Shown one piece after another: positions 46,403-53,599 of a stretch of 64,000 nucleotides of DNA. The stretch is from Sulfuricurvum sp. (GTDB lineage Bacteria; Campylobacterota; Campylobacteria; Campylobacterales; Sulfurimonadaceae), in contig NZ_JAQUHV010000012.1 in the NCBI RefSeq assembly GCF_028681615.1, positions 9,152 through 73,151 on the forward strand, written 5' to 3'. A program made the position numbers and the translations under genes. How positions within the stretch are numbered: the stretch's first letter is position 1; the number at the start of each line of letters is the position of its first letter. Below the pieces are notes generated by a model. The model did not search any database. It was not told the origin of the DNA and was given only the letters and a program-made list of their open reading frames with translations.

Positions 46403-48643
46403 TTAAAACTTCAGATTGATACTGCCATAAAGTCCGAACGGTGCACCCGTATTATAGGTACTTGCCGTTCCGGTCGCTGCCAAGAAGTTATCGGCGGCAT
46501 TGATCGTAGCGATGTATTTTTCGTTCGTCAGGTTGGTAGCCGTCAGACGGAAAAGGGCGTTATGTGAACCCATAAACTGTGCCATACGATAGGCGACATC
46601 GAAATCGATCAGGGTAAAGGCGTCTATTTTTTGGGTATTGGCGACATCTCCCCATCGGCTGGAGGTATATCGGGCGCTTGGGGTGAGCGTCCAGTCGCCT
46701 AGGTGATATGAAAGTGCCGCTTTTGCCATGTATTTCGGAGCGTCAGGGAGCTGTTTACCGTCGGTTTCAACGGTAGAAGAAGCGCCACTTTGGAAGTTTT
46801 GGGTGAATTGATAGCGGTTGTACGAGAGACCGAGCAAGAGTTCCAAATTTTCGCTGATCGGTCCGTATGCCGAGAATTCCGCTCCGTATCCGAGGGCATC
46901 TCCAACATTGGCAGGATAATTGACGCCGTAGGCAGGATCATAGATATTAGCCTGTTTGTTTTTGACGAACGAAACATAAAGACTTGGATTGAGAGTGAGC
47001 CCTCCAAGCGTTGTTTTGACTCCGAGATCAATATTATCGGAGAGTTCCAAATCGAGTTTATCCCACAGCTGTTGCAAGGTGACGTTTTGAGCTACAAAAC
47101 TCGAACGACTGGAAATATAGGTCGGGAATAGATTGACGTCGAATCCGTAGGTACGGGAATAATCGAGATATGCCATGGTCGATGGTGAAATCGTATATCC
47201 GAGGTAGAGCGACGGAATGAACGTATTAAAGGTTTTAGCCTCTACGCTTGCCCACGGATCAATGGCAGTCGATGCGATCGCAGCGTCATAGTCAGGATTG
47301 GCAGCGGATGTTTGATTTCCGTTGGTATGGCTTTTAAGCGAGCCGAGTTTGAATGTTTGGTACTGTGCTCCTGCCACATAGGTGAAACGATCAATCGTAC
47401 CGCTGATTTGGGCAAACGGTGCTTGGAGTGTATGGTAGTCGTTATTGGCGAGAACCGCATAGCCATCAAAGACCAAAGCACCGTTGACCACTTTGTATTT
47501 GATCTGGTCGCTCGGAGGCCCCGGAGGGAGCTGTTTGTGGTACCAATACCCGATTTTGGTTTTTAAAGCTTCGGAAAACTCATGGTCGTACGCAGCGGTT
47601 GCACCGTAGAGATCATGCTCCATACGCCAGTTCATGACACGCTGTTTTGCCGCAGCGGTATCGAATTTAGAAAACCAGTAATCTCCCTCATCTTTTTTAT
47701 AATACGGTTTGACCGTGATCGTATCACTCGTGGTTGGCTTGTATTCGAATTCTCCCAACAGAGCCGTTGTCAGGAAACTTTGTTTGTTCCAGTCGTAATA
47801 GTTGACATCATTGGAGGCGGTCGGCTGAGTCGTGGCAAAATCTTTGTTGAAATTTGCCCCTAAATTATTGGCTTCATTAAACGAGAGATTATAGTAGTTG
47901 TGGTGATCATCCGAGTTACGGATAGCCGTGACTTTGGCTTTGAACGTATTAGTAGGGGTGTAGGTAAGGCCCAAAGTACCGTTGAGACGTTTGAGATCCC
48001 CTTCACCTTTGGTTTTGTCATTGGAGAGATGAGAGAATGAGCCGAATACCGCTATATCGCCGACTTTGCCCGAATCGAATCGTACAAAAGTACGCTGAAA
48101 GTTATCCGAACCGAATGATTGAGAGACTTCCGCTCCGGCTTTTGATTTAGCCGTAAGGAGATTCAAATCGACTTTTCCGATGAGACTCGAGAAACCGAGG
48201 TTCTTATCGGCCGGTAGATACCCTTTGAGCAAATCGATCGAACTGACGTTTTCCATATCCACGAGCTGTTTTCCGCCTCCGGGATTACTGGAGATCGGCA
48301 TTCCGTCGATCATATAGACACCGCCGGGGCCGCTTTGGCTTTTTCCTCGTATACGGATCGGATCATGATACGAGGGTTCGTTGGAACCGGCCTGATCGAC
48401 GGGGGTAAAGTTGACCGATGGGGAATAAGCGATCACGCTGTAGGGATTCATATTCGCCTGAGTCGAGAGGGTTGCGATACTTTTGCCCGTGAAGGTTTGA
48501 TTCGCACTGCTTTGATTGGTATCAGCGATCATACTGTCACCATCGTCAACCGAGTCGGTTACAACGATCCGTTCGATCCCCAGAGGATCGGCGGCAAGAA
48601 TCGCACATGCGGCAAGGGAGAGGAAAATAGGGGAAAGTTTCAT
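46403..48643 (-). CDS. TonB-dependent outer-membrane receptor 3
   Basis: 746 aa with a signal peptide, a plug domain (IRIRGKSQSGPGGVYMIDGMP) and a barrel ending ...SINLKF. Confidence 0.8.
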   Translation of the reverse strand: MKLSPIFLSLAACAILAADPLGIERIVVTDSVDDGDSMIADTNQSSANQTFTGKSIATLSTQANMNPYSVIAYSPSVNFTPVDQAGSNEPSYHDPIRIRGKSQSGPGGVYMIDGMPISSNPGGGKQLVDMENVSSIDLLKGYLPADKNLGFSSLIGKVDLNLLTAKSKAGAEVSQSFGSDNFQRTFVRFDSGKVGDIAVFGSFSHLSNDKTKGEGDLKRLNGTLGLTYTPTNTFKAKVTAIRNSDDHHNYYNLSFNEANNLGANFNKDFATTQPTASNDVNYYDWNKQSFLTTALLGEFEYKPTTSDTITVKPYYKKDEGDYWFSKFDTAAAKQRVMNWRMEHDLYGATAAYDHEFSEALKTKIGYWYHKQLPPGPPSDQIKYKVVNGALVFDGYAVLANNDYHTLQAPFAQISGTIDRFTYVAGAQYQTFKLGSLKSHTNGNQTSAANPDYDAAIASTAIDPWASVEAKTFNTFIPSLYLGYTISPSTMAYLDYSRTYGFDVNLFPTYISSRSSFVAQNVTLQQLWDKLDLELSDNIDLGVKTTLGGLTLNPSLYVSFVKNKQANIYDPAYGVNYPANVGDALGYGAEFSAYGPISENLELLLGLSYNRYQFTQNFQSGASSTVETDGKQLPDAPKYMAKAALSYHLGDWTLTPSARYTSSRWGDVANTQKIDAFTLIDFDVAYRMAQFMGSHNALFRLTATNLTNEKYIATINAADNFLAATGTASTYNTGAPFGLYGSINLKF

Positions 48644-49662
48644 TGGTTGGCTCCTAATAGATTTTTAACTTGTTCATCACTCAGTTTTACATGTAAGAAA
48701 AGTTCATAGAACTCTTTGGTGCGGACACTCAGGTCGGGTTTAAACTCTTTCGGATGGAATAAATGGGCCAGCCATTGGATTCCGATCACCCGCATAAACG
48801 ATGGCGGACGGTCGATCCAGTTAAACGGCTGGATCGGTACGAGATAGATACGGCCGGATTTGAGTGCTTTTAGATTTTTCCAAAGGGGATCGTCGATCAG
48901 ATCATTATAGACAGCCCGGTTTTGGACGATAATGACATCCGGATTGTAGGTCATGAGTTTTTCAAAATTGATTTTTTCCAGACCGAGTAGACCGCTTTGT
49001 TGGCATTTATGGACGTTCTCACCTCCGGCAAAATTGAGCGCTTCGACATGAAACGACGTATCGCATTCGGTAGAGAGGCCATCGGTCCCTTCCGCGTAGT
49101 AGTAGCGTGTCGGTTTGACTTTGGAGACACTGGTGTGGACTTCATCGATTATTTTTTGAGAGTAATTGGCCAAAATATTTGCCTGTTTACTCTCACCGAT
49201 TGCCGCTCCGGCCAGACGAAATGCACGTGGCATGTCGTTCACTTCACGAAACGGGATCATAAAAGTCGGGAGATGGGTTTTTTCGATTTCACGTTGTACG
49301 GTTTGGACCATCATGTCGTCTTGCCACAGTAATACCAGCTGGGGTTTATAGGCCATCAACGTTTCAAGATTGATACTCTGACCCCCTCCGTGAAACGATC
49401 CGATCACCGGTAGTGAAAGAAATTTTGGGTTGAGAAAGCTTTCATTCGCTCCGTTATTGCCATTTTTTGCCGAAAAGTTCAATCCGATCATCTTATTCGG
49501 ATTGAGTGCATAGATGAGATAGTTCATTGGCGGAGATGAACCGAAAACCCGATCGGTTTGATCCGGGAGTATGACGGGATGTCCATCCATATCTGTTACT
49601 GTTTTCGCATGTGCAGCGAGAACAATCACCGATAAGAGGAGGAGTTTTGAGAGCGTATTCAT
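48640..49662 (-). CDS. periplasmic binding protein, class III, copy 3
   Basis: 340 aa with a signal peptide, YYYAEGTDGLSTECDTSFH and FNWIDRPPSFMRVIGIQWL. Confidence 0.8.
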   Translation of the reverse strand: MNTLSKLLLLSVIVLAAHAKTVTDMDGHPVILPDQTDRVFGSSPPMNYLIYALNPNKMIGLNFSAKNGNNGANESFLNPKFLSLPVIGSFHGGGQSINLETLMAYKPQLVLLWQDDMMVQTVQREIEKTHLPTFMIPFREVNDMPRAFRLAGAAIGESKQANILANYSQKIIDEVHTSVSKVKPTRYYYAEGTDGLSTECDTSFHVEALNFAGGENVHKCQQSGLLGLEKINFEKLMTYNPDVIIVQNRAVYNDLIDDPLWKNLKALKSGRIYLVPIQPFNWIDRPPSFMRVIGIQWLAHLFHPKEFKPDLSVRTKEFYELFLHVKLSDEQVKNLLGANQ

Positions 49663-49671
49663 GGGATTCCT

Positions 49672-50454
49672 TTAGGATTTGTGTAAATTAAATGCGATAG
49701 GGATACTCAGTTCAAAGGTCTTTCCCAATGCGGGGTAATCACCGCTGAGGCTGAAAATCGTTTGAATCGCTTTATTGTCCAGAAGTGTACTGCCGCTGGT
49801 CGTGATCACTTTTGCGGCTTCAACAATTCCGTTAGGTTTAAGTACAAACGATACCACCACAATCCCCTCGATACGAAGTTTACGAGCGATTGCGGGGTAG
49901 GTGATTGCATGTTCGATCATAGCCCGTATATTTCCCAACGCCGCTCCGCCGATTTCGTTGCTGGAAACTAGGTTTCTTGGTAATTCGTTTTCAGAGTCGG
50001 AGGAAACACTCTTATGAGGAGAATCAATGAGTGATGATGGCGGAGCCGAAATGACGGGAACAGGTGGAGCTAGAGGCGCGGACGCCTCAGAGGACACCGA
50101 AGGAGTTAATGACGGCATCCTCTCAGGGGTCGTTTTTGCAATGGTGTGCACTTCATTCGGTACACTCGGTGTGGTTTTCGCTTTGGGAACGGTAATGGAT
50201 TTCGGTGTCTGCTTTTGGACGATAGAGTGTTCGAGCATATTTCGATCCCCCGTAGTGGAGGCAAACTCCGAAAGGGAGATGATAACTCTCTCTTCTTGGG
50301 GTTCCATCAGGACCGGGTGGGTTGACATAAAATAGACGATTCCCGCCAACACGGCACTGTGAACCCCAAATGATGCGCCGAAAGATTTGAATTTTAATAA
50401 GAAATTCTTATATTGTATCTTTTCTGATATAACGATTGAGCTTAAAAAATACAT
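49672..50454 (-). CDS. tonB: TonB-family energy transducer
   Basis: Start taken at MYFLSS. One TM segment, a Pro/Ser-rich linker and a TonB C-terminal domain (YPAIARKLRIEGIVVVSFVLKPNG). Confidence 0.7.
   Translation of the reverse strand: MYFLSSIVISEKIQYKNFLLKFKSFGASFGVHSAVLAGIVYFMSTHPVLMEPQEERVIISLSEFASTTGDRNMLEHSIVQKQTPKSITVPKAKTTPSVPNEVHTIAKTTPERMPSLTPSVSSEASAPLAPPVPVISAPPSSLIDSPHKSVSSDSENELPRNLVSSNEIGGAALGNIRAMIEHAITYPAIARKLRIEGIVVVSFVLKPNGIVEAAKVITTSGSTLLDNKAIQTIFSLSGDYPALGKTFELSIPIAFNLHKS
50411..50434. promoter_or_regulatory. ModE-type box lying inside the first about 15 codons of tonB (box 5)
   Basis: On the gene-sense strand it reads CGTTATATC-AGAAAA-GATACAATA. It lies 22 nt downstream of the stop of globin-like gene B. 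Confidence 0.3.
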
Positions 50455-50455
50455 T

Positions 50456-51034
50456 TTAATTTTCCTCAATTTTATTTTTATTCCATATCGATGCATACGG
50501 ATAACGTTCGATCGGTGCGACTGTTGTTCGTCGGTTGATCATCCGGATTGATAGCGGCTCGATCCAGTTCCAGAACTCTTCGATACGCTCTTTGGGCATC
50601 CCGAGGTCATTGATCGTTTTTTTATACATCATCAGCCAGATTTCACGACCTTTTTCATCGATCGTGATATGAAAATGGCGCATCCGAAGAGCAGGGTGGC
50701 CGTGTACCGGAGTGTACGCTTTTTCACCGCCGAGTGCTTCGACGAAAAAATCAGCCGTTTTTTCCGTTGCAAAGGCAAACGCCGCATCGTCTGCAGGAAA
50801 CAAATTCCCGATGGTACTTTTTCTCAATAATCCATGATGGTAACGGACCATTCTGCGAATGTTGTCTTCTCCCCATTGTTGGTAGAGGAGAATCGAGGGA
50901 AAAGGGACTTCGGGATAAACAAAGTCGATTTTGGCTTCAGCGGTATTGGGTGTCATACTCGCTGGTTCAAACGGTTTGGTCCCGCAGGAACTAAACATCG
51001 ATACCGGTTTTCCATCAGACATTAAGAGATTCAT
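50456..51034 (-). CDS. globin-like protein resembling group II truncated hemoglobin (paralogue B; proximal His retained)
   Basis: 192 aa. GHPALRMRHFHITIDEKGREIWL matches the trHbO GHPRLRMRHAPFRI..RDAWL core. An N-terminal extension of about 45 aa is present. Confidence 0.65.
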   Translation of the reverse strand: MNLLMSDGKPVSMFSSCGTKPFEPASMTPNTAEAKIDFVYPEVPFPSILLYQQWGEDNIRRMVRYHHGLLRKSTIGNLFPADDAAFAFATEKTADFFVEALGGEKAYTPVHGHPALRMRHFHITIDEKGREIWLMMYKKTINDLGMPKERIEEFWNWIEPLSIRMINRRTTVAPIERYPYASIWNKNKIEEN

Positions 51035-51230
51035 TGCATTTCCTTTTATAAAAGATCAACTTCTGCCTCGACAGAGGCAAGCTTTAGTGCCATAGCGGCA
51101 AGCGCAGCGAAAGGGATTTTATTCCTTTCGCGTTCAAATCAAATAGAACATCAGGGGAGACGACAGGTTTTATTGAATAACCGCAGACAAACCTTCCTGT
51201 CGTCTCTGCTCATGCCCCGGAGGGCATAGA
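51035..51230 (-). promoter_or_regulatory. GC-rich intergenic region with several hairpins (candidate terminator plus structured 5' leader)
   Basis: Four hairpins: 51212-51227 (ATGCCC/GGGCAT), 51157-51206 (11-bp stem GAGACGACAGG/CCTGTCGTCTC, 28-nt loop), 51107-51131 (GCGAAAGG/CCTTTCGC) and 51064-51079 (TGCCTC/GAGGCA). Confidence 0.35.
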
Positions 51231-52601
51231 TTAAAAACGGTAGTTCGCTTCCAAACGCATTTCGCGGTTAGAAGTTTCAGCCGTTGCCAATGTTGATTTT
51301 TCATTGTTTTGATCCATCAGACGGGCTTTGAGTTCCGTCCCTTTCCAACTGCCGGATAGTTTGTAAATTACGTCCAAATTCCATTGACGGGTATCGCCGT
51401 TTCCGTAGGCTCTATCTGTCATGCTTTGGTAGGGTTTTTTACTCGGGTCGCGGTTATAATACGCGTAGCTGAGCATCGTACTGACACCCGGTACGATCGC
51501 ATCACAGTCGTAATCAAATTCTGCTTTATACGAGGTAGTATTGGCATTCCAGTCGGTTTGCGTCATACTGCGGGTATAACCCTGTGTCGGGAATCCGCGC
51601 CATGGAGCGATCATATCTCCGCCGCCGTCCGTATGCGATGTCGCAAGCAGGAATTTAGCCGCACGATAGTTAGCGGTTGCACGCAATGCATAGAGATAGG
51701 TGTCCACACTGTTGTCGCTGTCGTAATTGTTTGCTTTCGGCAGGATAATATTTCCGGCACCTTGATCGTATTGTTTCATGTACAACCCGCCGAATCCGAG
51801 GATGACATCCCCCGCTTCAAGAGCATAATTCGCTTCAAGACGGAGATGATCGATCAAATCAGGCCAATGCATAACCCACCCTTGGAGTTCGAGATTGTCA
51901 ATCGATTTATTGGTTACACCGACGACACTGACATTGGGCGCGTCTCCGTGTCTAACCGTAGCGGTACCGTATCCGGTATCATAATAGTTACTGATTTTTG
52001 TCGGTGTATCGAGTGTTTCGGCCATATTTCCGAAATAGTCCATACCGCGCTCTTTGATCTTTTCGATGTAGTCCAGTTGAATAGTCGTGTTGAGAACATC
52101 ATTGGAAACGAAATCGACCCCTTCATATGCGATCGGGATCATTTTAGTATCGTTGGGTGACATCCATGGGTTCGTTACGAGCATACGGCCCGCTCTGATT
52201 TTGCTTTTGGCGATATCGTATTGCAGATACGCTTGCGCTAAAACAGCATATCCGTCTCCATAGTTGTACGCCGATCCCGGACCACGTGCAAAGAGATCTT
52301 TTGAAGTATTGGCATATTTTCCATCCTCTGCTTCGGTCCATCCGCCCGGATTTTGAGTAGTATACAGACCGGTTCCGAAACTAAATCCGTACAACGGTGC
52401 CGTTTTGTAGATCAAACTCCCCCCTACAGCAAAGCCGGTTGCGCTGTATTTGCTATCATCATCCCAATCGGTTACAAAATATTGGGCTCTGAGACGACCG
52501 TCCAGTTTCCCTTCTTTAAACGCCGAAGCCAAATCATCTGCCGCTTGGGCAAAGAGACAGGTTCCCAGAACAAGTGCGGTTGCAATACTTAATTTTGTCA
52601 T
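51231..52601 (-). CDS. outer-membrane porin (resembles the OprD family)
   Basis: 456 aa with a signal peptide (CLFAQA), alternating beta-strand pattern and a C-terminal ...EANYRF. Confidence 0.6.
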   Translation of the reverse strand: MTKLSIATALVLGTCLFAQAADDLASAFKEGKLDGRLRAQYFVTDWDDDSKYSATGFAVGGSLIYKTAPLYGFSFGTGLYTTQNPGGWTEAEDGKYANTSKDLFARGPGSAYNYGDGYAVLAQAYLQYDIAKSKIRAGRMLVTNPWMSPNDTKMIPIAYEGVDFVSNDVLNTTIQLDYIEKIKERGMDYFGNMAETLDTPTKISNYYDTGYGTATVRHGDAPNVSVVGVTNKSIDNLELQGWVMHWPDLIDHLRLEANYALEAGDVILGFGGLYMKQYDQGAGNIILPKANNYDSDNSVDTYLYALRATANYRAAKFLLATSHTDGGGDMIAPWRGFPTQGYTRSMTQTDWNANTTSYKAEFDYDCDAIVPGVSTMLSYAYYNRDPSKKPYQSMTDRAYGNGDTRQWNLDVIYKLSGSWKGTELKARLMDQNNEKSTLATAETSNREMRLEANYRF

Positions 52602-52609
52602 TTTTTTAT

Positions 52610-52633
52610 CCTTATTTATTTTTTGATATAACG
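52610..52633. promoter_or_regulatory. candidate ModE-type operator (box 6)
   Basis: On the gene-sense strand it reads CGTTATATC-AAAAAA-TAAATAAGG and ends 8 nt before the porin ATG. Confidence 0.35.
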
Positions 52634-52684
52634 TGTATCAAGCAACGTAAATTGCTGATGCTCGCCTCATTCGAGGCTGAACGA

Positions 52685-53440
52685 TTATTTTTTTGGCAAG
52701 CCGTAGCCGCTCGCTTTTAAAATTTCTAACGCTTTTGCAGAGGACATAAATCGGAGGAATTTTTTGGCAGCGATCTGATTTTCAGGTGAGCCGTTTTTGA
52801 GTCCTACCATCGCCTGATCGATCGTGTTGTACGATTTAGGATCGATTTCAATCCATTGACCGACATTTTTCATTTCAGGTGAGAGGACGATAGATTTAGC
52901 GATAAATCCTAGGTCAACCGCTTTTGTTGATACATAGTTTCCAACTTGAGAAATGGATTCGGCCGTGATGATCTTCGGTGCGATAGCCCCGTCGACTTTG
53001 TAATAGTGCATCGTATTCATTGCTTCGATACCGTACGGGGCAGTTTTAGGATTTGCAACCGCAATTTTCGAAACTTTTGGGTCAGTAACAGCGGCTACCC
53101 CTTTAGAGAGATCAACACCCGTATTGCTCCATAGGACGAGTGACCCGTAAGCATAGACTTGAGACGGTGTTGTCGTATAGCCGCCAAGTGCCAGTTTTGC
53201 AGGATATTCGACATCCGCAGAGAGAAATACATCATACGGTGCACCGCTCATGATTTGTTGAGTCAATTTACCAGAAGAGCCGGTGATGATTTTTACACCG
53301 ATTCCGCTCTCTTCAGTAAATGCTTTTGCAATGTCGTTTGCAGCGTATTTCATGTTGGCGGCAGTAGCAACGGTGATCGTTTGTGCAGCGAGTGCGGAGG
53401 CAAACGCGAGGGATGCCAATACAATTTTAATCAGTTTCAT
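52685..53440 (-). CDS. modA: molybdate ABC transporter substrate-binding protein
   Basis: 251 aa with a signal peptide and ITVATAANMKYA...TGSSGKLTQQIMSGAPYDVFLSAD, typical of ModA. Confidence 0.85.
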   Translation of the reverse strand: MKLIKIVLASLAFASALAAQTITVATAANMKYAANDIAKAFTEESGIGVKIITGSSGKLTQQIMSGAPYDVFLSADVEYPAKLALGGYTTTPSQVYAYGSLVLWSNTGVDLSKGVAAVTDPKVSKIAVANPKTAPYGIEAMNTMHYYKVDGAIAPKIITAESISQVGNYVSTKAVDLGFIAKSIVLSPEMKNVGQWIEIDPKSYNTIDQAMVGLKNGSPENQIAAKKFLRFMSSAKALEILKASGYGLPKK

Positions 53441-53448
53441 GGAAACTC

Positions 53449-53472
53449 CTTAGTATCTGTTTTGATATAACG
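53449..53472. promoter_or_regulatory. candidate ModE-type operator (box 7), proximal to modA
   Basis: On the gene-sense strand it reads CGTTATATC-AAAACA-GATACTAAG and ends 8 nt before the modA ATG. The right arm overlaps the AAGGAG SD. Confidence 0.5.
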
Positions 53473-53525
53473 AAAATTACAAATTTACTTGTGCAAAAAC
53501 GGTTCGCAAAAAAACGTGACATTTT

Positions 53526-53549
53526 CGTTGTGTTTTGTAAGATATAACG
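53526..53549. promoter_or_regulatory. candidate ModE-type operator (box 8), distal to modA
   Basis: On the gene-sense strand it reads CGTTATATC-TTACAA-AACACAACG, 85 nt upstream of the modA ATG. Confidence 0.4.
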
Positions 53550-53599
53550 GCATTATAAAATAAAAGGCTTAAACTAGTCCGATTTTTGTTAATAAAGTG

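Noticed and set aside
51035-51230. Assigning the structured leader to the cobalamin or Moco riboswitch class
   Set aside because: I could not find the B12 box (GCCACTG), the GGGAA-type core, or the conserved Moco motif segments I remember. It stays an unclassified candidate until an Rfam scan is done.
51384-52160. 258-aa ORF on the plus strand
   Set aside because: Antisense to the porin gene, which has a signal peptide and a C-terminal aromatic residue. Cys/Arg/Ile-rich nonsense composition.
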